A stretch of DNA of 64,000 nucleotides. Origin: Heptranchias perlo. Taxonomy: Eukaryota. Position 1 is the first letter of the stretch. Each line of letters opens with the position of its first letter. The stretch covers positions 8,122,001 to 8,186,000 of the forward strand of contig NC_090338.1 of NCBI RefSeq assembly GCF_035084215.1, written 5' to 3'. A program made the translations under genes and the position numbers. Shown in pieces: positions 12,452-23,060 of this stretch. The notes under the pieces are model-generated. The model did not search any database. It was not told the DNA's origin and was given only the letters and a program-made list of their open reading frames with translations.

Positions 12452-12706
12452 GGAGCTGAGATGCTGCAAGAGATCTATCCCCTCCCCTTCAGGGAAACAC
12501 AGAACCGAAGCGAAGAGACAGACGGTGCCTGCGTTTCTGCTGTGCGGACATGTTTAGAAAAGCTGCCCAGGTTGAGTGTTTGCCTTTCTCGCTTCAAGAA
12601 CAGTATTTAAATATATATTCGACTAATTGTTGTGGGTTAAGATACAAGTTAAAGTAAACGATTGGAAGATATTTTGTCCTTTTACCAGACAATCAAGCCC
12701 AGAACA

Positions 12707-15100
12707 ATGGCGAATACAATCAGCAGCGGGGCGTTTTTTATTTTCCTGCTCTGTGTGTCGGACTTGGTTACGGGACAAAGTCGGTATTCGATTCCCGAGG
12801 AGCTGGAGCATGGGGCCTTTGTTGGGAATATCGCCGAGGATTTAAAACTAAACATTTGGGAATTATCTGCTCGCAAGTTTCGGCTGGCCTCTGATGACAG
12901 AAAGCAATACATGAAGGTAAATCTGGAGAATGGGATTTTATTTGTTAATGAAAGAATCGACAGAGAACAGATTTGTGGACAAAGCTCAACCTGCTCCCTT
13001 TCTTTTAAAATAATGCTCAATAATCCTTTGGAAATACACCCAGTTGCAGTGGAGATACTAGATATAAATGATAATTCACCCAGATTCCTGAAAAATGAAT
13101 TCTCCCTGCAGATTAATGAATTAATTGCGCCAGGAGCGCGCTTTCCTCTCGAGAGCGCGCACGATCCGGACGTGGGCACAAACACAGTCAGCAATTACCA
13201 GATCAGTCCAAACGAGCACTTCGGCCTCAAAGTGCAGACAAGAACTGATGGGAGTAAAAGTGCGGAGCTGTTATTAGAGAAATCCTTGGACCGCGAGCAA
13301 CAGTCAACCTTTCATCTTGTATTGACGGCCATTGACGGTGGCATTCCTCAGAGATCAGGCACAACTCGAATTATCATTACAGTTGTGGACGTCAATGATA
13401 ACGCGCCATTATTCGATCATGAAATCTACAGGGCGAGTGTAGCAGAAAACGCCCGCAAAGGTACCTTGGTGATAAAAATTAATGCTGCTGATCGAGATGA
13501 AGGTATCAATGCTGAGCTGACGTATTCTTTCACAAGTCACGTGCCCCAAACAATTCGCGAGTTCTTCAAATTGCACCCGCTAACTGGAGAGATCAGAGTT
13601 CAAGGTGTACTGGATTTTGAGGAATCAAGTGTTTATGAACTTGATGTACAGGCTGTGGACAATGGTCCTGTCGTCATGACAGGACACGCCAAAGTTGTAG
13701 TCGGATTAATTGACACGAATGATAACGCCCCGGAGATAGACGTGACAGTGGTGGCCCGCGCGGTGCGGGAAGATGCTCCCCCAGGAACTGTGATAGCTCT
13801 GATCAGTATAACGGATCCAGATTCCGGCGAATATGGACATGTACAGTGTCAGATTCCAGTGAATATTCCGTTTAAGCTTGAAAATTCTTTAAGAAATAAT
13901 TATAAGTTGGTTACCAATGATATTCTGGATCGAGAAACGGCCCCACTATACAACATCTCCATTTCAGCTTGGGACGGAGGGTCTCCCCCTCTTTCAACAA
14001 GTAAAACCATCTCGGTTTCGATAACTGATATAAATGACAATGCGCCGTTGTTCACGGAATCCTCATTTAATGTGTATCTGATGGAGAACAATACTCCAGG
14101 TGCTTCTATATTTGCTGTTACTGCTTTAGATTCAGATTTGGATCAGAATGCGGAAGTCTCCTATTCCATTCTGGAGAATCAGATTCTCGATGTATCTGCG
14201 TCTGCTTACGTCACTATTAACTCAAGAAATGGGAACATTTACGCGCTGCGCTCCTTTGACTATGAGCAACTGAAACATTTCCAGATCAAAGTTCAAGCTC
14301 AAGATGATGTATCTCCCCCACTGAGCAGCACGGCCATCGTGAATGTTATTATCTTGGACCAGAATGACAATACTCCAGTTATTGTTTCACCGTTAACCTG
14401 GAACAGTACAGCGTCAGTGGAGATTGCGCCGCAATCAGTATTTCCAGGATACTTGGTCACCAAGGTAACCGCGGCTGATGCCGATTCCGGTCAGAACTCT
14501 CGGCTTTCTTATCAACTGTTGGAGGCCACTGATCCCAATCTGTTCACTGTGGGGCTTCACTCTGGGGAAATCAGGACAACTCGAAGTATAATGGACAAAG
14601 ACATCATCACAGAAAGACTTGTGATCTGTGTGAAGGACAATGGACAGCCCAGTCTCTCCAGTACGGCGACAATTTCATTTTCAATCTCGTCCAATGTCAC
14701 TGAAAAATCTTCTGAACGAACGGACACACCCAGACTCTCGGATTACTTTTCGCCTCTAAATCGTTATTTAGTCATTATTTTAGGATCAACTTCCTTTTTG
14801 TTTCTTATAACTATCATTTTTCTGGTCGTCGTGAAATTTAAACAAGACGGAAATATTGCTGAAGACTACAGCTCTTCTATTTGTTGTTTTCTACGGAGTA
14901 ATTCGAATGATGCTTTTAATCGGAGACCTGCAGTAAACGAACCAATAAATTATACCGGGCCTGTTCAGACTGAAGGTTATCGTTATACCGTGTGTTTATC
15001 TCCAGAATCATCGAAAAGTGATTTTCTATTTCTGAAGCCCTGTCATCCTACCTTGCCTTTCAATGACTTGGGTGTCCGTGACACCAACGCAAGAAAATAA
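12707..15100 (+). CDS. Clustered protocadherin B1, 797 aa (signal peptide, EC1-EC6, TM, short cytoplasmic tail)
   Basis: Uninterrupted ORF from ACAATGG (good Kozak). Has RYSIPEE, CGQSSTC, five DxNDN linkers, LDRE/LDFE/FDYE motifs, TM YLVIILGSTSFLFLITIIFLVVV and tail motif VCLSPESSKSDFLFLKP. Confidence 0.97.
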   Translation: MANTISSGAFFIFLLCVSDLVTGQSRYSIPEELEHGAFVGNIAEDLKLNIWELSARKFRLASDDRKQYMKVNLENGILFVNERIDREQICGQSSTCSLSFKIMLNNPLEIHPVAVEILDINDNSPRFLKNEFSLQINELIAPGARFPLESAHDPDVGTNTVSNYQISPNEHFGLKVQTRTDGSKSAELLLEKSLDREQQSTFHLVLTAIDGGIPQRSGTTRIIITVVDVNDNAPLFDHEIYRASVAENARKGTLVIKINAADRDEGINAELTYSFTSHVPQTIREFFKLHPLTGEIRVQGVLDFEESSVYELDVQAVDNGPVVMTGHAKVVVGLIDTNDNAPEIDVTVVARAVREDAPPGTVIALISITDPDSGEYGHVQCQIPVNIPFKLENSLRNNYKLVTNDILDRETAPLYNISISAWDGGSPPLSTSKTISVSITDINDNAPLFTESSFNVYLMENNTPGASIFAVTALDSDLDQNAEVSYSILENQILDVSASAYVTINSRNGNIYALRSFDYEQLKHFQIKVQAQDDVSPPLSSTAIVNVIILDQNDNTPVIVSPLTWNSTASVEIAPQSVFPGYLVTKVTAADADSGQNSRLSYQLLEATDPNLFTVGLHSGEIRTTRSIMDKDIITERLVICVKDNGQPSLSSTATISFSISSNVTEKSSERTDTPRLSDYFSPLNRYLVIILGSTSFLFLITIIFLVVVKFKQDGNIAEDYSSSICCFLRSNSNDAFNRRPAVNEPINYTGPVQTEGYRYTVCLSPESSKSDFLFLKPCHPTLPFNDLGVRDTNARK

Positions 15101-15804
15101 TTTTTAAGCAATTTCCATGCTGGCAATCGCAGATATTTCACTTTAGTGAGGAGCTATCTGTTATGCAGTGAATTAATGTGTAAGTTTTATGTATATGCAA
15201 AATCCTCACATTGGCATTTGAAGGTTAATAGACCAAACTGCTTGCTGCTTTTCCTATAATCCTACTTGTCCGTGGTGCTGAATATACCTGCCGTTATTGT
15301 GACATTCCTGAGTAGTGTATACTGCATTAACGTTCGCATGAAAGCTGACTTTGACTTGATTCACTTTCTGTTTCAATGAATGTGTCACTCTGTCATTCGT
15401 CTTTTCGCTGCTTTTGTCATGTTGGATCGCATGTATATTAAACTGGTTAGTATCACAAGGCATAATTTCATGGCCTGGGATGCATTCACCAGTGACTGTA
15501 ACGTTTCATAGAACAAAGTCTTTCTTTCTAATGCCACGCTGAATTAAAATCTTTGGTTTTATCAGTGCATGCAGTGATAACGTTGATGAGTTTCAGTAAA
15601 TACCTCTATCTCAAATGTTAATATTTTCCAAAAATAAATTATATAGCAATCAAGTTGAACATGTCAAAGCCAAATAATTTCTCAGCTTTGCGACAGACTT
15701 AATATAAAACGCTGATTTGTTGGGTATGTAATCTGTTCATTTCATATTGTGTTGGGTTCCCGGAGCGCGCAAAATTGAACTATCAGTGTGCTCAGTTCCT
15801 CCTA

Positions 15805-18800
15805 TTTCATACTGTCATCGTAGGTACAACACAGGAGGAGACCATTCGGCCCATCATGTCTGTGCGGGCTCTTTGAAAACAGCAATCCAATTAGTCCCAT
15901 TCCCCTGCTCTTTCCCCATAGTTCTTTAATCTTTTTACCTTGCTTCTGAAAGTTACAATTGAAGCTGCTTCCACCACCCTTTCTGGTCGAGCATTCCAGA
16001 ACATTAAACTCACTGCGTAAAGAAAATGTTTCCTCATGTGGCCTCTGGCTCATTTGTCGATCACATTAAATCCGTGTCCTGTGGTTACCGACTCCACTGT
16101 CACTGGAAACAGTTTCCCTCTGTCAAAACCGCTCATGATTTTGGACAACTCTGTCAGGTCTCTCCTTAACCTATTCTGTTCTGAGGAGAACAACGTCAGC
16201 TTCTCCAGTCTCTCCACATAACTGAAGTCCCTCATCCCTGGCACCAATCTAGTAAATCTCTTCTGCACCCTCTCTAAAGCCCTGACATCCTGCCTAAAAT
16301 GTGGTGCCCAGAATTGAAAACAATACTCCAGCTGAGGCCTAACCGTTGTTTTATAACGGTTTTATATAACTTCCTTGCTTTTATACTTTATGCCTCTATT
16401 AATAAAGCCCAGGATCCCACATGCTTTTAAACAGGCTACTCAACTTGTCCTGCCAACTTCAAAGATTCGTGTATGCGCACCCCCAGGTCCCTCTGTTCCT
16501 GCACCCCCTTTAAAATTGTACCATTAGTTTATATTAGCTCCCTATATTCTTCCCACTAAAATGCAACACTTCACATTTGATCTGCCATGCATTTGCCCAT
16601 TTAACCAGCCTGGTCCATGTCCTCCTGAAGTCTGTTGCTATCCTCTACGTTGTTTACTACATTTTCGAGTTTCGTGTCATCAGCAAACGTTGAAGTTATA
16701 CCCTCCATACTCAATTCGAGGTCGTTAATATATATTAAAACAGTAGTGGTCCTAATACTGAACCCGGGGAACACAACTGCATATTTCCCTCCACTCTGAA
16801 AAACAACTGTTCACAACTACTCTCTGCTTTCTGACACCTTGCCATCTTTGTATCTAAGCTGCTACTGTCCTTTTAATCCCATGGGTTTTAAACTTGCTAA
16901 CAAGTCTATTATTTGGTACTTTATCAAAAGTCTTTTGAAATTGCAGAAACACAACATCAACTGCATTACGCTCATCAACCCTCTCTGTTACTTCATGAAA
17001 TGACTCAGTCAAGTTAGTCAAACACGATTTTGCTTTTAGAAATTAGTGCTGACTTTCATTTATTAGACTATGCTTTTCCAAGTGCGGAATTATTTTGTCC
17101 CGAATTGTTGTCTCTCGAAGTTTTCGCACCACCAACATGAGGTGGACTGGCCTGTAATTGCTGAGTTTATCCGTCTCCCCTTTTTTGAACAGGGGTGTAA
17201 CAGTTGCAGCCCTCCAGTCCTCCAGCAGCATCCCCATTTCTAAGTAGGATTGGAGGATTATGGCCAGAGCCTCTGCAATTTCCACCTTTACTTCCTTCAC
17301 GAGCCTTGGATGCATCCCATCTGGACTGGATGACTTTTCTACTTTCATTACTGCCAATCTTTTAAGTATCCCCTGTTTTCAATTTTTATCCTATGAAATA
17401 TTGATACATGCTCCCCTTTTACTGCTATAATGGCAGTACCCTCTTCTGTCGTGAAGACGCTTGCGACGTATTCATTTAATGCCTCAGCCATGCCCTCTGC
17501 CTCCACAAGAAGATCTCCTTTTTGGTTCATAATCTGCCCCACGCTTCCTTTGACTACCCTTTTGCTATTTATACGTTTACAAAAGATTTTTTGGCTCCCT
17601 TTTCTGTTAGCTGCTAATCTATTCTCATACTCTCTCTTTGCCCCTCTTATACCCTTCGTTAGATGTCATCTGCACCTTCTGTATCCAGCCTGGTTCTCTA
17701 CTGTAATATCAACCTTACATTTATCATAAGCACCCTTTTTCTGTTTAATTTTAATTTCTATACCTTTGGGGAGCTCTAGCTTTGGATGTCCTTCCTTTCC
17801 TCTTAGTGATGTGTCTACTCTGTACCGGAATCAACTCCTTCTTAAATGCCATTGTTTAATTAATGTTTTGCAGAACAATTTTTGATTCCAATCTATCTGG
17901 TCAAGATCCCCTTTTAAGTCACTGAAATCTGCCATCCTCCAGTTAAGCATTTTCACATTGATTGCTCCTTGTCCTTTTCCATAACTATTCTAAACCTGAT
18001 GATATTATGATGACTGTGCCCACAAATGCACTCCCACTGAGACATGCTCCACCTTCCCCACTTCATTCCCCGAACTAGATCCAGAATTGTTTCCTTCCTG
18101 GATGGACTGGAAACATAGTATTCCAGAAAGATCTCTTGTACACATTTCAGGAATTCATCCCCCTCTTGGCCCTATACACGGTTAGTGTTCCAGTCCATAT
18201 TGGGATAGTTGAAGTCCCCCATTATTAGTACACAATAATTCTTGCATCCTTCTGTAACTTGCCTGCAAATGTTCTTCTCTATCTCCTTTCCACTATTTGT
18301 TGGCCTCTACATCATCCCTTTCCATTGTATAAGAATTTCTTTGATCAATAATGCCACCAGCTCCTCCTTTCTTTTCTTCCCTATCTTTCCTGAATACCTT
18401 TTAGCAGGGAATATAAAGTACCCAATCCTCCCGTTCTTTGAGACAAGTCTCTGTTATTGTCACTATATCATAGCCCGATGTGGCGACTTGAGCCTGAAGC
18501 TCACAAACCCTATTTACCATGCTATATGCATCTACGCACATGCATTGGCCAGGTATGTCCTGTCCACATGAAGCGGGACAAATCCAATCTATCCAAATAC
18601 CACCACATCAGTCTACTCTCAATCATCAGCAAAGTGATGGAAGATGTCATCAACAGTGCTGTCAAGCAGCACTTACTCACCAATAGCCTGCTCACCGATG
18701 CTAAGTTTGGGTTCTGCCTTGACCACTCGGCCCCAGACCTCATTAAAGCCTTGATCCAAACTTGGACAAAAGAGCTGAATTCCAGAGGTGAGATGAGAGT

Positions 18801-20292
18801 GACTGCCCTTGACATCAAGGCAGCATTTGACTGAATATGGCACCAAGGTGCCTTCGTAAAATTGAAGTCAATGCGAATCAGGGGAAAACTCTCCAGTGAC
18901 TGGAGTCATGCCGAGCACATAGTCAGAAGAAGTGGTTTTTGGAGGCCTAAAATTTCAGCCCCATGTCTTTGCTGCAGGAGTTCGCCAGGGCAGTGTCCTA
19001 TGCCCAACCATCTTCACCTGCTTCATCAATGACCTTCCGTCCATCATAAGGTCTGAAATGGGGATGCTTGCAGACAATTGCATGGTGTTTAGTTCCATTC
19101 AGAACCCCTCAGATAATGAAGCAGTCCGTGCCCGCATGCAGCAAGACCTGGACATCATCCAAGCTTGGACTGATAAGTGGCAAGTAATATTCGCGCCAGA
19201 CAAGTGTCAGGCAATGACCTTCTCCAACAACAGAAAGTCTAACCACCTCCCCTTGACATTCAACGGCATTCACCATCGCCGAATCCTCCACCATCAACAT
19301 CCTGGGGATCTGCATTGACCAGAAACTTAACTGGACCAGCCATATAAATACTGTGGCTACAAGGCTTGTTTAGAGGCTGAATATTCAGTGGCGAGTGACT
19401 CATCTCCTGACTCCCCAAAGCCTTTCCACCATCTACAAGGCACAAGTCAGGAGTGTGATGGAATACTCTCCACTTGCCTGGATGAATGCAGCTCCAACAA
19501 CACTCAAGAAGCTCAACACCATCCAGGACAAAGAAGCCAGATTGATTGGCACCCCATCCAGCACCCTAAATATTCACTCCCTTCACCACCATCGCAACGT
19601 GTCAGCAGTGTGCACCATCCACAGGATGCACTGCAGCAACTTGCCCAGGCTTCTTCGACAGCACCTCCCAATCCCACAACCTCGGTCATCTTGAAGGACA
19701 AGGGCAGCAAGCACATGGGGAGAACACAACCTGCACGTTCCCCTCCAAGTCACACACCATCCCAACTTGGAAATATATCGCCAATCCTTCATCGTCGCTG
19801 GGTCAAAATCCTGGAACTCCCTACCTAACAGCACTGTGGTAGAAACATCACCCTACAGATTGCAGTGGTTCAAGAAGGCAGCTCACCAGCATCTTGTCAA
19901 GGGCAATTAATATGGGTAGTAAATGCTGACCTTGCCAGCGATGCCCACATCCCATGAACGAATATAAAAAATACTCCAATCTCCTCTTCGAGTGCTTCGC
20001 ATTTCCCGCTGTCTCATACTTCCTATTTCTGAACTATTTTTTATTCTAGTGCTACTTTTCCCTCCCAGTCCTCTGTGCTCCTTGTTTCTTCTCTCTTGTG
20101 TTTCGTTCTGGTGCGCACCGCCCTGCCAAATTAGTTTAAACCCTCCCGCACAGCACTAGTTAACCTCCCCCCCGAGGACATTGATCCCAGCTCTGTTGAG
20201 GAGCAACCCATCCATCTTTAACAGATCGCGCCTGCCGCAGAACTGGGCCCAATGCCTCAGGAATATGAATCCCACCCTCCTGCACCATTGCT
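15805..20292 (-). mobile_element. Long decayed CR1 LINE (ORF1 esterase C-terminus, endonuclease, RT, 3' UTR), interrupted by a family B LINE
   Basis: Minus-strand remnants: WCRR..HW..DG..LN (ORF1, ~20130-20290), IMGDFNYP (EN), SPDGMHPRLVKE..NYRPV (RT), QKRFTRLVPGMRDFSYVERL. Many stops and frameshifts. Confidence 0.88.
18545..19971 (+). mobile_element. 5'-truncated LINE family B (CR1/L2 supergroup) nested in the CR1
   Basis: QVCPVH..DKSN..ISLLSIISKVME..FGF..ALDIKAAFD..QGSVL..YKAQVRSVMEY; ends CCCACATCCCATGAACGAATATAAAAAA. Confidence 0.88.
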
Positions 20293-20931
20293 ACAGCCTT
20301 CTGCTGGTCTCGCTGTAATAGTATTATTCAAAGGGAAACGCTGTATAAATGGAAGTCTTTCTTTTTAAAGTTTTCACTTGAAGGCCATCCTCCGCTAAAA
20401 GCCTGGATTTAGAATTTATATTTTTGCACGCAGAGGTGACTCTGTGTGATGAATTTGGGCTGTGCAGTCTGCAAGATTAGTGCATCTAATTGCTGCGGAT
20501 GCATCAGTACCACTCAGTCCTGTATACTGATGGAACATCCGCGCATATTCCACTCAAACTTTTTTCATTTTTAGATTGGATACTTAAAAGAAACAAGGCG
20601 CTCTGTGTGTCTGTGTGTGAGACAGGTGTGCGTGTTGGAAATAGATACAGAGATAGATGTCGAGGAAGCAATATCAAAACAGCAAGTTCAGAATGTATAG
20701 AGGTCCTTCAGAATATTATAAAGCAATGCTGCTAGACTGGTAAATTAGCCCCGGCCCATGCATAACATGACAATCCCTCCTTCACTTCTGACAAATGCCA
20801 GGAATCCACCAGTGAGCAAAATCTTAGGTTCAACCCATAGTTTTATGGGAAATTCTGCCACAGACAATCATGACTGCAGTTTCACTATCACGCCCCTAAG
20901 TAGAGCTGCATCAGCTTCAGATGTGGTGGAT

Positions 20932-21242
20932 AATAAGAACTTAAGAACATAATAGGAGCAGGAGTAGTCCATAAGGCCCCTAGAACCTCCTGCGCCATTC
21001 AATCAGATCATGGCTGATGTTGAACCTCAACTCTACTTTCCTGACCGATCCCCATATCCCTTGATTCCCCTAGAGTCCAAAAATCTATCTCAGCCTTGAA
21101 TAGACTCAACGACTCAGCATCACCAGCCCTCTTGGGTAGAGAATTCCAAAGATTCACAGCCCTCTGAGTGGGGAAATTTCTCCTCATCTCAGTCTTAAGT
21201 GCCCGACCCCCTATCCTGCGACTATGCCTTTAGTTCTAGATC
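20932..21242 (-). mobile_element. CR1 3' end fragment (TTCTTA-type tail); copies at ~39462-39770 and ~57941-58250
   Basis: TAAGAACTTAAGAACATAATAGGAGCAGGAGTAG..CCATTCAAT..ATCATGGCTGAT is the reverse complement of a shark-type CR1 3' UTR. It is absent at the paralogous site ~1078. Confidence 0.8.
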
Positions 21243-21554
21243 CTCATACTTATGCCTACAATATCACTGATTCATTCTGAGGGAAGTCAATTTGCCATGA
21301 CTTTACCCGGGCTAAACAACTGGAGATCCACGAATGAATTAACATAATTGATCAAACAAATGGCATTGAAAATGGCTCTTCTGCAGGCTCACACTGGACT
21401 CCGATCCCCATTTGTCCAGCTTTGCAGATAGCTTGGCAAGAATACCAAATTCATAGTGTAAAGGCACACTCAATCGCAAACATCTTTTAGAAAGGTCTTG
21501 CCAACTACAAGTTCAAGAAGTAACTTGGAAACAAAAATGTACTTTCAAGTGTTT

Positions 21555-23060
21555 ATACCACTCCGGTCAATTTCCACCACCAAGGCAACCAATAAGCTGC
21601 TAATCAAAGTCACAAATGACAAGCTTTCTAATTGTGAGTGTTGCCTTAACCATTCTCGTTGTCCACGACCTATCTGAAGCTTTTGACATGCTAGACCATA
21701 ATGTGCTCTCTGAACATCTCTGCTGCGTTGTCATGCTCAGTGCGGTCAATGCCCTGTGGGTGGCGGAGAGGGCCCAGGGGCTATGTGGCCGGGTCCTGCT
21801 CCGACTTCTTGTGTTCTTTAGATTTGTGGTTGGGATCAGATCAGCCATGATCTTATTGAATGGCGGAGCAGGCTCGAGGGGCCGATTGGCCTACTCCTGC
21901 TCCAATTTCTTATGTTCTTATGTTCTTATGTTCCCTCGCTTGTTTCCACTCTTGACTATCCTGTGATATCTCGACGATATGCAACACTGGCTTATCTGAC
22001 TGTCCCCGCCTTGCTCCCTCTTTTGGACTGCAAGGATCAATCTTTTCCCCTTACTGTTCCTGAACTATATATTACTTCATGGTGACATCATCCATAGAAA
22101 TGGGGTCAGCTTCCACATATAAAGTTGTCGACAACCAGATATACATTTCCACCACCGCTCTCGATCACTAAACTGCCTCGATGTAGCTGGATTGCTTGAC
22201 GGACATTCAGTCTGGGATGAGCTGGAATTTCCTCGACTTAAACATTGGGAAGACGAAAGGCGTCGACGGTATTCTCCAGCTGCAAACTCGGTATCCTTGC
22301 AATTAATTCCATCTCCGTGCTTAGCCATTGTCTCAGGCTGAATTAAACTGTTCACAACCTCTGCATCCCATTCTACCCGAGCTCTGCTTCAAATCTTGAT
22401 GTCTTCCCCCTCAATAAGACTGTCTGTTTCCACATTCATAACTTCACCCACGACTGCCCCTACCTTAGTCCACCTGTTGATGAAACCCTCATTCATGCCT
22501 TTATCAGCTCCAGACTCAACTATTGCAGTGCTCTTCTGGGCGGCCTCCTATCCTCCACACCGCATGATATTCAGCTCATCATAAACTTTGCGACCCATAT
22601 CCTCCCTCAGGGACAGCTCACTCATGATGCCGTTCCCGATGATCTCCATTGAGTCCTGGCTCACGACGCCTCAAATTTTAAATTCTCATCCTTATGTTCA
22701 AATTTCTTCATGGCGTTCCTCTTCCCTATTGCTGCAACCTCCTTCACCTCTACAATCTACATCCCAGGATATACATTGCACCGACTCTGGCCCCCATTTC
22801 AGACTCTTCCCTTCACCAATACCCCCACCGCCATTGCGGCGGTGCCTTCAGCCATTAGGTCCAACATTCCGAAAGTGCATCACTATGTTCCCCTTATCTC
22901 TGCTCATCCAAGATCCTCACTAAACCTCACCTTTTTGTCCAACTTTTGGTCACACCTTCTAGTTGCAACTTCTCTGTCTCAGCCACCATTTTTTTTAACG
23001 ATTACGCCCTCGGACATTTTGCATGAAAAACGCCTGATAAAGACAGGGTGTTGCTGTTCA
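21555..23060 (+). mobile_element. Decayed L2 LINE (paralog of 1395-2700)
   Basis: ILVVHDLSEAFDMLDH remnant and colinearity with 1395-2700. Confidence 0.7.
21743..21930 (+). mobile_element. Unit-1-specific CR1/SINE 3' end insertion with (TTCTTATG)3 tail
   Basis: Absent from units 2 and 3, where the empty site CTCAGTGTGACTTCCCTC is at ~40265 and ~58745. Ends GGCCTACTCCTGCTCCAATTTCTTATGTTCTTATGTTCTTATG. Confidence 0.85.

Noticed and set aside
12662-12706. 15-codon N-terminal extension from a TTG in the ORF track (also 5189, 30828, 49236)
   Set aside because: The track allows non-ATG starts. The ATG in ACAATGG has a good Kozak context and directly precedes the signal peptide, so it is the likely start.
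12682-13194. Antisense ORFs over Pcdh exons (170 aa here; 136 aa at 30950 and 49358)
   Set aside because: Shadow frames of the cadherin codons, repeated only because the genes are duplicated; no recognisable domain.
15633-15638. AATAAA as the B-gene polyadenylation signal
   Set aside because: The region is AT-rich and the hexamer is not preserved at the matching position after B3; cannot be supported without transcripts.
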